Program-made: the position numbers and the translations under genes | Assembly (NCBI GenBank): GCA_964016885.1 | Contig: OZ024761.1 | Coordinates: 10,602,001 to 10,666,000 of the forward strand | DNA length: 64,000 nt | Origin: Eledone cirrhosa | Lineage: Eukaryota | Reading direction: 5' to 3' | Shown here: positions 13,576-26,596 of the stretch, one piece after another | Position numbering within the stretch: position 1 is the first letter of the stretch | Layout: every line of letters begins with the position of its first letter | The notes under the pieces: generated by a model | The model's input: the letters and a program-made list of their open reading frames with translations, nothing else | Told to the model about the DNA's origin: nothing | The model's database searches: none

Positions 13576-14271
13576 ATAGGTGAGACAGCTTGTACCAAAG
13601 GATAAATGAACACTAGTGAGAACTCCCAAGATGGAACAACATAGGGGAACAGTAGAGAACATAAAAGTAAAAATTATATCCACAAACAGAAAAGATGCAA
13701 TGCACCAATAAATTACAGAAGCAACAAACATAAAGAAACTCCAACCAAAATTAAACAGAAAACATGAGTGGAACAGCAACAACATCACAACTAGTCATTA
13801 AGGACAAGATGAAGACATACAGAGACACAAGAACTAAACTAATAAAACAAACCAGGCACAGATAGAACAAGCAACCAACTAGTGACAAGTAACTAGACAT
13901 ATAAATAGATAAATAAAAACACACAGCTGGATATAACGCATGCGCAAACCAAGCACATAACACAACACAGAAAAACAAGGTGTAGGACAGACCAAAGGAG
14001 AGACACATAATAACAAATCAGTCACTGAGGAGTTCACAATGTGTGACGAAAGAGCTTTGACAATATATAAACAATCATCTGGTTATTGAACCAACCAACC
14101 AGAAATTTGAAATAAATTAAAGTGAAAACCAACAGAGGTGTGTGTGTGTGTATTTTTATTGGTAGCATGACCCTCCCATAGTATAATAATATCCGTTTCA
14201 ACACATGTTTGCAGATAAGAAATCTTGAAAACAAATTCAAAAACGAAGTATCTATGTATATATATATATGT

Positions 14272-14500
14272 GACACAGAGGAGACTGAGGTTAGCTGGAC
14301 ATGCTCACCGACATCCAGAGTTGACATTGCACTCAGTGCTCCTGTGGGAGTCCCTACATGGACACACTGGAAGAGGAAGACCGAGGCTGACATATGTTGA
14401 TGACCTAAGGACAGACACTGGTCTGTTGGAGACGCAGGACATGGCAGCAATAATGAGGGACAGAGACCACTAGAGAGAACTCGTCCATGGATCTCGGGAA
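14272..14500 (+). mobile_element. RTE/RTEX-like LINE 3' fragment
   Basis: RRLRLAGHAHRHPE..VLLWE...GRGRPRLTYVD.L..DTGL...MRDRD. Confidence 0.65.
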
Positions 14501-15181
14501 TTTTACCTGCCCTAGATATATATATGTAAAAGGTAAACAGAAATAACAACACAATCGATACAGTATATGGAAAGAATATATTAGGTTAACACTTGAAATA
14601 GCAGGAAGATATATACTTTGTTTATCTCAGATCAACACAAAAAACTCTAGTTTTCCTCAAGGTTGTATCCTCCAACTTCATTGCACTTGTGGTAGCTCTC
14701 CAGCTACTTTTGGAAGGCCCTCTTGTAGCCTTCCAAAGTGAAGGTGTCCAGAGTGTTTATCACAACCTCCCCACACCCTCAATGTGTATACCCCTGATCA
14801 TCCATTGAATTGGGCGAAATCTGGACTGTAGGGAGGATGAGGTGGTAACAACAACAGCAGTAATAGAAGACGAAGAAGAAGTCTTCCATCACCACAGTCA
14901 TCGTCAATTCAATTTCACATTTGACCAAAACAGAAAGCATGTCCTTTCCACATTAATTTTTACATATTAATAACAAAAATGTTTTATTGTAATAAATGCA
15001 AGTCTTTTTATGGCTATGAAAAGAGAAAAAGAAGGGAAAATAAGGGCTCTAGGGTCACAGAAGAATGGAAAGGGGAAGGTGATGGGCTCTGGGCCTAGGG
15101 CGCAACGGAGTTGGGGCTGCACCCTGCAGACAAGTATAGTTTTCGTTCAGTTATTTTATTATTTTGTTTTTTAAATTTAAA

Positions 15182-15190
15182 GCGGAAGTG
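15182..15190 (+). promoter_or_regulatory. ETS/GABP-type motif GCGGAAGTG in the putative NVL promoter
   Basis: Consensus match ~80 bp upstream of the NVL ATG; common in housekeeping promoters. Confidence 0.4.
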
Positions 15191-15266
15191 TATGTTGAGA
15201 AAACAAGGGAGGTAACTAAGTACGGACTTCTCTCCTCCAGTGTTAGAAGTGTATTTTTGTTCCAAG

Positions 15267-15347
15267 ATGAGTTCCAAAAAGAAATCACTGTCCGGCAAGG
15301 AATCGCAATATTTTATGGACCCTAAACTAATACCCCGTGTTCGGCAG
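15267..15347 (+). CDS. NVL: NVL exon 1
   Basis: MSSKKKSLSGKESQYFMDPKLIPRVRQ, gtaata donor; resembles NVL FVDNKLKQRVIQ. Confidence 0.8.
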
Positions 15348-15831
15348 GTAATAACAAGCAACAGCGGCCCTTACTAACGGATGTTTTGTGTATATATGTA
15401 TTTGTATTTCTTTATTTTAGTTCACCTGTGCTTCGTTCATCGTTTCAATAATGTTGGTCGTGTTAACCATATCTCTCTCTCTATATATATATACATACAC
15501 ACACACACACACACACACGGTCTCCCAAAGAAATGTACACACAGACTGCATTCTAATAAATATTGCCTGTAAAGTTAATCAAAGTATTTTGGGGGACACC
15601 CTGTGTATATATATATATATATATATGATCTCCACGGTATTGTGAAGGTTCACAGGCAACCTGACGCAAGACATGAGGCCAGAGACATCCATAGTTGTCG
15701 TCAATGTGCGAAGGAGTGCAAGTCTCTTGCGGTCTTGAAAAGCTATATCCGAGGGTCACACATCTGAATCTGATAAGCAATTGCAATACTCAGAGTTTAC
15801 AGCCATCATATATATATATATTTATAATCAT

Positions 15832-15977
15832 TTATAACAGTGACATATACAGGTACTTAAGTTTCGTTGGGTTATTCACCCCAACTCCAACCTGTTATAT
15901 ATAATATGTAACAGGCTGAATGAGTTGGGTTGTATAACCCAACGAAACTTAAGTACCTGTATTTGTCACTGTTGTAA
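15832..15977. mobile_element. Palindromic MITE-like hairpin
   Basis: acagtgacatatacaggtacttaagtttcgttgggttat pairs with ataacccaacgaaacttaagtacctgtatttgtcactgt. Confidence 0.65.
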
Positions 15978-17629
15978 CTAATTATACTTAACTTCTATTG
16001 ACTGAGTGCTCTTACCCTTGGATATTTCTACCAAACTTATACTACAGTATATATGAGGGGAAAAATGAGTTGGAGCTGTGATCCAAAGGGGCAGTCTGTC
16101 TCTCACACTGAATCTTCCTGACAACTACGTTAAGGGAACACGTGTCTGGAATGCTCAGCCACTTGCACGTTAATGTGTGGGCTTTTCCATTGGTCAAACA
16201 CAACTGGAACGATCGTCGTCGGAATCGACGGAGACCCAACACACTAACGAACACACAAACACAGACTTATCTCTATATATAAACACAACAATATTTGTAA
16301 TACCCGCACGTGTTCAATCGCATGAGTGTGTCGCTTTTTAAATCTTTCGTTTATTTATTTATTTATTTTAGAAATTTTCCCCCACCTTCCGGCTACCTAC
16401 TTACCAAATCAGGGGTACTCTCGGGGGTCGGGTACACAAGACTACCCAAGAAAGTGGCCTAACTTTGGGGACAAAATCTAACATTTGTATTTGTATATAA
16501 GAATTGAAAATACATAAAAATAGACCATGATAATATGACGTGTTTGAGAATAGATATATATATAATAATTGTTTCTACTTTTGGCACAAGGCCAGCAAAT
16601 ACCCAGTGCATTACTGGTACTTTATAATAATAATAATATGAAGACTAAAATCCGAAGAGGGCTCGATAAGGATAATATATATATCAAAATATATAAAACA
16701 ATAGAGCAAATATTTATTAACAGATATATAGACCAAATATTTATTAACATACGTCAAGTTCGCTCATCAGTTGATGAGCGAACTTGACGTATGTTAATAT
16801 TGTCCAGGGTCCTGAAACCTTTGGTAATGGAGTAGTTATATATTGTGTTGTTTACTTTCTAATTAAATGTCTCTATTATACATAGAGCACTCATTTTTCT
16901 TTTTCTTCGGAAATACCCCATACCTGGGCTTATGGCTTTCCAACGGCGAGTGGTGGTAACTCCTAATCTATGTACACTTACATACACACGTGTGTATGTA
17001 AACAAGTAAAAATTAAATCGAAATAAAAACATCTCCATTTCGTGGTTCTGTAAAGAGCTCATTATATGGTGGATTGTCAGTATCAGTAGAATGTCGGACG
17101 CCATGCTTTGCAGCAAAGAGTTATGGTCTGAGTTCAAATCCCGCCGAGGTTAACTTTGCCTTTCATCCTTACGGGATCGATAAAATAAAGTACCAGTAAT
17201 ACACTAGGATAATTGCTGGCCTTGTGCCAAAAGTAGAAACAATTATATATACAGGGTGTCCCCCAAAAATGTATAAGCATGTTTATTAGAATGCTGTTGA
17301 AGTGTGTATATATTTTTGGGGGACTGCGAGGAATAATTCGGTAAACATTTGTTTATTTTTTCTTCACACTTATAATTTGGATTTAGCTCGAATTGATTGA
17401 ATTGTTTATTTATTTGATTAATTTCTCTGGACTACGTAGAAAAGTTAGGTACATTTTGTTTGTTCTTCACAATTATATATATATATAAGTTTATCTTGGG
17501 TTCAATCGGGGGTAACCACAGTAAGTAACCAAGTAATATGGACAGTCGGCTTGCCGAAGATTTCTCCTGAATGAAGCAGTTCTAGTCTTGTAGAAGCTAT
17601 TTCTGTATTATATATATATATATGTGTTG

Positions 17630-18079
17630 TTTCCTTAAGCAAGCCACTTTATTTCACATTGCTCCAGTTTACTCAGCTGTAGAAATGAAATGATAGGGAC
17701 TGGGGTCCCTATCATTCCACTGTAAAGTGGACATGGAGGTGCCACGGCAAAAAAGCACCCAGCCCACACTGTAAAGTGGTCATGGAGGTGCCACGGCAAA
17801 AAAGCACCCAGCCCACACTGTAAAGTGGATATGGAGGTGCCACGGCAAAAAAGCACCCAGCCCACACTGTAAAGTGGTCGTGGAGGTGCCACGGCAAACA
17901 AGCACCCAGCCCACACTGTACAGTGGTTGTGGAGGTGCCATGGCAAAAAAGCACCCAGCCCACACTGTAAATGAGGTTGGTGTTAGGAAGGGCATCCAGC
18001 TGTAGAAATCAAGCCAGAATCAGTTCCCGTCCCACCCTTGCAAGCAGGGAAAAGCGGACATAAAATGATGATGATGATG

Positions 18080-18080
<1 letters not shown>
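17630..18080 (+). mobile_element. 5'-truncated CORE SINE with RTE-derived tail and 5 copies of a 48-bp unit
   Basis: Core, gatagggac/gtccctatc hairpin, 48-bp actgtaaagtgg..gcacccagcccac units and (gat)n tail. Confidence 0.75.
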
Positions 18081-18122
<42 letters not shown>

Positions 18123-18234
18123 TATATATATGAATAAGGTCACTATTATGAGCAAATGTGGGCCTACACGATGGTGGCCCCAGCTGACTGAATAAACAGT
18201 TTCTTTATTTTACATTTTCTTTCATCTTCTTCAG

Positions 18235-18308
18235 TATTTAACCAACCATAGTGCCATGAAAAGCTTCAGTGTAGGTACAATGGCCAGAGAACTGCAGATA
18301 ATGTATGG
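18235..18308 (+). CDS. NVL: NVL exon 2
   Basis: cag acceptor, YLTNHSAMKSFSVGTMARELQIMYG, gtatgt donor. Confidence 0.85.
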
Positions 18309-18339
18309 GTATGTGGACCTTCTCTTAATTCAACTTCCC

Positions 18340-19178
18340 TTCTACCTACCTTATACAACCTCTTCTATAGCTTATACAACCTCTCCTATAGCTTATACAA
18401 CCTCCCCTCTACCTTATACAACCTCCCCTCTACCTTATACAACCTCCCCTCTACCTTATACAACCTCCCCTCTACCTTATACAACCTCCCCTCTACCTTA
18501 TACAACCTCCCCTATAGCTTATACAACCTCTCCTCTACCTTATACAACCCCTCTACCTTATACAAGCTCCCCTATAGCTTATACAGCCTCCCCTATAGCT
18601 TATACTACCTCCCCTCTACCTTATACAACCTCCCCTCTACCTTATACAACCTCCCTTCTACCTTATACAACCTTCCCTCTACCTTATACAACCACCACTC
18701 TACCTTATACAACCTCCCCTCTACCTTATACAACCTCCCCTATAGCTTATACAACCTCCCCTCTACCTTATACAACCCCTCTACCTTATACAAGCTCCCC
18801 TATAGCTTATACAGCCTCCCCTATAGCTTATACTACCTCCCCTCTACCTTATACAACCTCCCCTCTACCTTATACAACCTCCCCTCTACCTTATACAACC
18901 TCCCCTCTACCTTATACAACCTTCCCTCTACCTTATACAACCTCCCCTCTACCTTATACAACCTCCCCTCTACCTTATACAACCTCCCCTATAGCTTATA
19001 CTACCTCCCCTCTACCTTATACAACCTCCCCTCTACCTTATACAACCTCCCCTCTACCTTATACAACCTCCCCTCTACCTTATACAACCTCCCCTCTACC
19101 TTATACAACCTCCCCTCTACCTTATACAACCTCCCCTCTACCTTATACAACCTCCCCTCTACCTTATACAACCTCCCC
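18340..19178. repeat. 21-bp minisatellite (ctaccttatacaacctcccct), ~40 copies
   Basis: Directly visible; produces the PYTTSPL ORF. Confidence 0.92.
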
Positions 19179-19288
19179 ATGATACGATAAAAGATTTTTA
19201 AATGTCCCTGAAATTAACGAAGGAATAACAGACAAGTTTATAATAGTTTCAATGATAAACGAATATCCTCTGCATAAATTATATACAC

Positions 19289-19638
19289 CAGAGGTTCTCA
19301 AAGTGGTCGCTATCGCCCCCCCCTGGAGGTGGGGGACGTTCAGAAGGTCCCAGGGGCGCTGGGGCCTAAGGAGGCGTTGACGGTGGGGGTGGTAGAGATG
19401 ATATAATAGTATCTTAAATATCAAATGATATATATTATATATAAATATAGTAAAATAAAAAATATATAATATATATTTATACATAGTATATATTATATTA
19501 TTTATTATATATGAATTAACGATTTTATTTTTTATATATTATTTACAATTTGCTTGTAGGCTCTGGAAATAGGGTTGGGCTGAGGGTGTTACGTGGCCTT
19601 GAGGCGGGGCTGTGACCCAAAAGGTTTGAGAACCTCTG
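19289..19638. mobile_element. hAT (Charlie-like) MITE
   Basis: Terminal inverted repeats CAGAGGTTCTCAAA / TTTGAGAACCTCTG. Confidence 0.65.
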
Positions 19639-19752
19639 ATGTAGGAAGAAGTATGCTCTGATTAATAAAAGTATGAAGCCTGTAGTAGGGTCTATCATGG
19701 GATACCATGATGTTTTTGTTCTCTTTATATCATTACTTTCTCATTGTTGCAG

Positions 19753-19802
19753 AGATTATGCCAGAAAGAAACGGATAGCATTTCTGAAATCTGTAGAAAA
19801 AG
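19753..19802 (+). CDS. NVL: NVL exon 3
   Basis: cag acceptor, DYARKKRIAFLKSVEK, gtaact donor; resembles NVL DYGRRKRNAFRIQVEK. Confidence 0.88.
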
Positions 19803-19894
19803 GTAACTTGTCTTTCGTTTTTTTTTGTTTGTTTTTACTGTTTAGCAAAGTACAGGGTCTCTGAGACTGGTGGGAGGGAGTAGGGAAAATATCC

Positions 19895-20283
19895 TTAACC
19901 TTTTAGCATTTAAACCGGCCGTATCCGGCCCGAATTCTCTCACCATTTTCAGTTCAAACCACCTGTAACTGGCCACACAGGCTTACATAAAGGTATTGTT
20001 CTCAAAAGAAATAATATCAAAATCTCATAGATTACCACAAAAATACAACAGTATATATATCAAGTAATGTAAATGTTAAAGGGTTAACCCTTTAACATTT
20101 AAACCATCTGTATCCAGCCAGAATTCTCTCACCTCTTTCTGTTCAAACCAGCTACTTACATGAAAGTATTGTTCTCAAAATAAATAATATCAAAATCTCA
20201 TAGATTTGATATTGTGTAAGATAAAGCCTTCACTGTGAAAATACAATAGTATATAGAGAGTAATGTAAATACTAAAGGGTTAA
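19895..20283. mobile_element. Two tandem TTAA-flanked (piggyBac-like) MITEs
   Basis: TTAA-CCCTTTAGCATT...AATGCTAAAGGG-TTAA type ends; same family at 29423-29624, 36165-36380, 40050-40264, 49777-54349 and 54350-54554. Confidence 0.7.
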
Positions 20284-20287
20284 ACTG

Positions 20288-21515
20288 GAGTAGTGGTGGT
20301 GGTAACTATTGGGGGATTGTAGTGGTGGTGGTAATTGGGGGTTTGTAGTGGTGGTGGTAACTATTGGGGGATTGTAGTGGTGGTGGTGGTAACTATTGGG
20401 GGATTGTAGTGGTGGTGGTAACTATTAGGGGTTTGTAGTGGTGGTGGTAATTATTGGGGGATTGTAGTGGTGGTGGTGGTAACTATTGGGGGTTTGTAGT
20501 GGTGGTGGTAACTATTGGGGGATTGTAGTGGTGGTGGTGGTAACTATTGGGGGTTTGTAGTGGTGGTGGTAACTATTGGGGGATTGTAGTGGTGGTGGTG
20601 GTAACTATTGGGGGTTTGTAGTGGTGGTGGTAACTATTGGGGGATTGTAGTGGTGGTGGTAACTATTGGGGGATTGTAGTGGTGGTGGTAACTATTGGGG
20701 GATTGTAGTGGTGGTGGTAACTATTAGGGGTTTGTAGTGGTGGTGGTAATTATTGGGGGATTGTAGTGGTGGTGGTGGTAACTATTGGGGGTTTGTAGTG
20801 GTGGTGGTAACTATTGGGGGATTGTAGTGGTGGTGGTGGTAACTATTGGGGGTTTGTAGTGGTGGTGGTAACTATTGGGGGATTGTAGTGGTGGTGGTGG
20901 TAACTATTGGGGGTTTGTAGTGGTGGTGGTAACTATTGGGGGATTGTAGTGGTGGTGGTGGTAACTATTGGGGGATTGTAGTGGTGGTGGTTATTGGAGG
21001 ATTGTAGTGGTGGTGGTGGTGGTAACTATTGGGGGTTTGTAGTGGTGGTGGTAACTATTGGGGGATTGTAGTGGTGGTGGTGGTAACTATTGGGGGTTTG
21101 TAGTGGTGGTGGTAACTATTGGGGGATTGTAGTGGTGGTGGTGGTAACTATTGGGGGATTGTAGTGGTGGTGGTAACTATTGGGGGATTGTAGTGGTGGT
21201 GGTGGTAACTATTGGGTGGTGGTGGTGGTGGTGGTAACTATTGGGGGATTGTAGTGGTGGTGGTAACTATTGGGGGATTGTAGTGGTGGTGGTGGTTTTG
21301 TCATGGTAGTATGGTGGTGGTGGTGGTGTCATCGTCATGGTAGTATGATGGTGGTGTCATTGTCTTGGTAGTATGGTGGTGGTGGTGTCATCGTCTTGGT
21401 AATATGGTGGTGGTGGTCATCGTCGTTATGGTAGTATGGTGGTGGTGGTGGTCATCGTCGTCATGGTAGTATGGTGGTGGTAGTGGTCATCGTCGTCATG
21501 GTAGTAATGGTGGTG
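20288..21515. repeat. GGT-rich ~29-32 bp minisatellite (gtagtggtggtggtaactattgggggatt) followed by a degenerate GGT repeat
   Basis: Directly visible. Confidence 0.9.
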
Positions 21516-21600
21516 GCTGCAGTTATACTTGTTTATCCCCCGCCCAGTCCTGGTTTAGCAGACATGTAGAGTCTCCCTTCATTGACCTAAAATTATTGTT

Positions 21601-22465
21601 TACTAGCAGTGGTACCTGGCGTTGCACGGGATAAGGTATTTTGGAACGCAGGCCGCCAACAGACCTAATCGTGGAAAAACTGCATGCCTGGACAATATGT
21701 AAAGAAGTTAAACCGAATCATTAAGATTTTCTTTGATGAAGCAGGAAAAATGCAGGTTTTCACTTAATGCAGGCCCTAGGGGATCAAGAAAAAAAAATTT
21801 TTTTATGTGCGTAATATGCTTTGAAATTTCGGGAAAATCGGCTAGACGTAGCGCCTCAAAAAAGCCCTTAAAAAGCTGAAAAAAATGAAGATTTTCACCT
21901 AATGCGGGTCCTAGGCCATAAAAAAGTTGGATTTTCTTTGCTTACTGTATGAAGAAGAGACTGACTAATACAAAGTTACAATTTCAAGGAAATCGTTCTG
22001 ACGTAACGCCTTAAAAAGCTGAAAAAAATGCAGTTTTTCAACTAATGCAGGCCCTAGGAGATCAAAAAGTTGAATTTTTTTATGTGCATAACACTCCCTG
22101 AAACATAAGTAATACACATGTAAAGTTGGGTACTTCTCAAGTTTTAGGGATTCAAACTCACACACACACAGACAGACATCCTCAGGGATGTAATGCAGAC
22201 AGCCAGACATACAGGCAAATATTATAAGGGCGCGACGTTATATGTATGTATCTATCTAAAAAGAGAAAGACTAAGAATTATAGAACGAGATCGCTAAATC
22301 GCCTAATCCAGTCCCTAGGGCCATGAAAATTTGAAATTTTTTTTTTTTCTCAGAACACTCCCTGAAACATAAGTATTACATGTGTAAAGTTTGAAAACAG
22401 TCGGTTGGGTGGTTCTCGAGTTTTAGAGATTCAAACTCACACACACACAGACAGACATCCTCAGT
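21601..22465. mobile_element. Helitron/Helentron-like non-autonomous element
   Basis: Starts ACTAGCAGTGGTACCTGGCGTTGCACGGG; internal aatgcaggccctagg repeats; (CA)n-GACA microsatellite end. Confidence 0.4.
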
Positions 22466-22467
22466 TT

Positions 22468-22797
22468 TATCATTTTACGTCCGCTTTTCCCTGCTTGCAA
22501 GGGTGGGACGGGAACTGATTCTGGCTTGATTTCTACAGCTGGATGCCCTTCCTAACACCAACCTCATTTTACAGTGAGTGCTGGGTGCTTTTATGCCATG
22601 GCACCTCCACGACCACTTTGCAGTGAAATGATAGGGACCCAGTCCCTATCATCTCATTTCTACAGCTGAGTAAACTGGAGCAATGTGAAATAAACTGTCT
22701 TGCTCAAGGAAACAACACATCACCCGGTCTGAGAATTGAACTCACAACCTTTCGATTGCAAGGCCAATGCTCTAACCACTAAGCCATGTGCCTCCTT
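22468..22797 (-). mobile_element. Full-length CORE SINE with RTE-derived 3' tail
   Basis: Minus strand: tRNA head (tggcttagtggttagagc, gagttcaattc), core, and a tail closely matching the LINE 3' UTR at 58670-58830. Confidence 0.8.
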
Positions 22798-22812
22798 TAT
22801 ATATATAGATAA

Positions 22813-25800
22813 TGTTGTTATTGTTGTTGTTGTAGCCTACCAGATCATTTGTTGTTATTGTTGTTGTTGTAGCCTACCAGATCATTTGTTGTTATTGTTG
22901 TTGTAGCCTACCAGATCATTTGTTGTTATTGTTGTTGTTGTAGCCTACCAGATCATTTGTTGTTATTGTTGTTGTTGTAGCCTACCAGATCATTTGTTGT
23001 TATTGTTGTTGTTGTAGCCTACCAGATCATTTGTTGTTATTGTTGTTGTAGCCTACCAGATCATTTGTTGTTATTGTTGTTGTTGTAGCCTACCAGATCA
23101 TTTGTTGTTATTGTTGTTGTAGCCTACCAGATCATTTGTTGTTATTGTTGTTGTTGTAGCCTACCAGATCATTTGTTGTTATTGTTGTTGTTGTAGCCTA
23201 CCAGATCATTTGTTGTTATTGTTGTTGTTGTAGCCTACCAGATCATTTGTTGTTATTGTTGTTGTTGTTGTTGTTGTTGTAGCCTACCAGATCATTTGTT
23301 GTTATTGTTGTTGTTGTAGCCTACCAGATCATTTGTTGTTATTGTTGTTGTTGTAGCCTACCAGATCATTTGTTGTTATTGTTGTTGTTGTAGCCTACCA
23401 GATCATTTGTTGTTATTGTTGTTGTTGTTGTTGTTGTAGCCTACCAGATCATTTGTTGTTATTGTTGTTGTAGCTACAAGATCATTTGTTGTTATTGTTG
23501 TTGTTGTAGCCTACCAGATCATTTGTTGTTATTGTTGTTGTTGTAGCCTACCAGATCATTTGTTGTTATTGTTGTTGTTGTAGCCTACCAGATCATTTGT
23601 TGTTATTGTTGTTGTAGCCTACCAGATCATTTGTTGTTATTGTTGTTGTTGTAGCCTACCAGATCATTTGTTGTTATTGTTGTTGTTGTAGCCTACCAGA
23701 TCATTTGTTGTTATTGTTGTTGTTGTAGCCTACCAGATCATTTGTTGTTATTGTTGTTGTTGTAGCCTACCAGATCATTTGTTGTTATTGTTGTTGTTGT
23801 AGCCTACCAGATCATTTGTTGTTATTGTTGTTGTTGTAGCCTACCAGATCATTTGTTGTTATTGTTGTTGTTGTAGCCTACCAGATCATTTGTTGTTATT
23901 GTTGTTGTAGCCTACCAGATCATTTGTTGTTATTGTTGTTGTTGTAGCCTACCAGATCATTTGTTGTTATTGTTGTTGTTGTAGCCTACCAGATCATTTG
24001 TTGTTATTGTTGATGTTGTAGCCTACCAGATCATTTGTTGATATTGTTGTTGTTGTAGCCTACCAGATCATTTGTTGTTATTGTTGTTGTAGCTACAAGA
24101 TCATTTGTTGTTATTGTTGTTGTAGCCTACCAGATCATTTGTTGTTATTGTTGTTGTTGTAGCCTACCAGATCATTTGTTGTTATTGTTGTTGTAGCCTA
24201 CCAGATCATTTGTTGTTATTGTTGTTGTTGTAGCCTACCAGATCATTTGTTGTTATTGTTGTTGTAGCCTACCAGATCATTTGTTGTTATTGTTGTTGTA
24301 GCTACAAGATCATTTGTTGTTATTGTTGTTGTTGTAGCCTACCAGATCATTTGTTGTTATTGTTGTTGTTGTAGCCTACCAGATCATTTGTTGTTATTGT
24401 TGTTGTTGTAGCCTACCAGATCATTTGTTGTTATTGTTGTTGTAGCTACAAGATCATTTGTTGTTATTGTTGTTGTAGCCTACCAGATCATTTGTTGTTA
24501 TTGTTGTTGTTGTAGCCTACCAGATCATTTGTTGTTATTGTTGTTGTAGCCTACCAGATCATTTGTTGTTATTGTTGTTGTTGTAGCCTACCAGATCATT
24601 TGTTGTTATTGTTGTTGTTGTAGCCTACCAGATCATTTGTTGTTATTGTTGTTGTAGCCTACCAGATCATTTGTTGTTATTGTTGTTGTAGCTACAAGAT
24701 CATTTGTTGTTATTGTTGTTGTTGTAGCCTACCAGATCATTTGTTGTTATTGTTGTTGTTGTAGCCTACCAGATCATTTGTTGTTATTGTTGTTGTTGTA
24801 GCCTACCAGATCATTTGTTGTTATTGTTGTTGTAGCTACAAGATCATTTGTTGTTGTTATTGTTGTAGCCTACCAGATCATTTGTTGTTATTGTTGTTGT
24901 TGTAGCCTACCAGATCATTTGTTGTTATTGTTGTTGTAGCCTACCAGATCATTTGTTGTTATTGTTGTTGTTGTAGCCTACCAGATCATTTGTTGTTATT
25001 GTTGTTGTAGCCTACCAGATCATTTGTTGTTATTGTTGTTGTAGCTACAAGATCATTTGTTGTTATTGTTGTTGTTGTAGCCTACCAGATCATTTGTTGT
25101 TATTGTTGTTGTTGTAGCCTACCAGATCATTTGTTGTTATTGTTGTTGTAGCCTACCAGATCATTTGTTGTTATTGTTGTTGTTGTAGCCTACCAGATCA
25201 TTTGTTGTTATTGTTGTTGTAGCCTACCAGATCATTTGTTGTTATTGTTGTTGTTGTAGCCTACCAGATCATTTGTTGTTATTGTTGTTGTAGCCTACCA
25301 GATCATTTGTTGTTATTGTTGTTGTAGCTACAAGATCATTTGTTGTTATTGTTGTTGTTGTAGCCTACCAGATCATTTGTTGTTATTGTTGTTGTTGTAG
25401 CCTACCAGATCATTTGTTGTTATTGTTGTTGTTGTAGCCTACCAGATCATTTGTTGTTATTGTTGTTGTAGCTACAAGATCATTTGTTGTTATTGTTGTT
25501 GTAGCCTACCAGATCATTTGTTGTTATTGTTGTTGTTGTAGCCTACCAGATCATTTGTTGTTATTGTTGTTGTAGCCTACCAGATCATTTGTTGTTATTG
25601 TTGTTGTTGTAGCCTACCAGATCATTTGTTGTTATTGTTGTTGTAGCCTACCAGATCATTTGTTGTTATTGTTGTTGTAGCTACAAGATCATTTGTTGTT
25701 ATTGTTGTTGTTGTAGCCTACCAGATCATTTGTTGTTATTGTTGTTGTTGTAGCCTACCAGATCATTTGTTGTTATTGTTGTTGTTGTAGCCTACCAGAT

Positions 25801-26596
25801 CATTTGTTGTTATTGTTGTTGTAGCTACAAGATCATTTGTTGTTATTGTTGTTGTTGTAGCCTACCAGATCATTTGTTGTTATTGTTGTTGTTGTAGCCT
25901 ACCAGATCATTTGTTGTTATTGTTGTTGTTGTTGTTGTTGTAGCCTACCAGATCATTTGTTGTTATTGTTGTTGTTGTAGCCTACCAGATCATTTGTTGT
26001 TATTGTTGTTGTTGTTGTTGTTGTAGCCTACCAGATCATTTGTTGTTATTGTTGTTGTTGTAGCCTACCAGATCATTTGTTGTTATTGTTGTTGTTGTAG
26101 CCTACCAGATCATTTGCTGTTATTGTTGTTGTTGTAGCCTACCAGATCATTTGTTGTTATTGTTGTTGTTGTTGTTGTTGTAGCCTACCAGATCATTTGT
26201 TGTTATTGTTGTTGTAGCCTACCAGATCATTTGTTGTTATTGTTGTTGTAGCTACAAGATCATTTGTTGTTGTTGTTGTTGTAGCCTACCAGATCATTTG
26301 TTGTTATTGTTGTTGTTGTAGCCTACCAGATCATTTGTTGTTATTGTTGTTGTTGTAGCCTACCAGATCATTTGTTGTTATTGTTGTTGTTGTAGCCTAC
26401 CAGATCATTTGTTATTGTTGTTGTTGTAGCCTACCAGATCATTTGTTGTTATTGTTGTTGTTGTAGCCTACCAGATCATTTGTTGTTATTGTTGTTGTTG
26501 TTGTTGTTGTAGCCTACCAGATCATTTGTTGTTATTGTTGTTGTAGCCTACCAGATCATTTGTTGTTATTGTTGTTGTTGTAGCCTACCAGATCAT
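22813..26596 (+). repeat. 34/37-bp minisatellite of the NVL intron-3/exon-4 junction, ~100 copies
   Basis: Unit ttgttgttattgttgttg(ttg)tag|CCTACCAGATCAT; the last copy runs into exon 4. Confidence 0.93.

Noticed and set aside
22813-26596. CRISPR-like appearance of the regular repeats
   Set aside because: No unique spacers, no cas genes, and a eukaryotic intron context.
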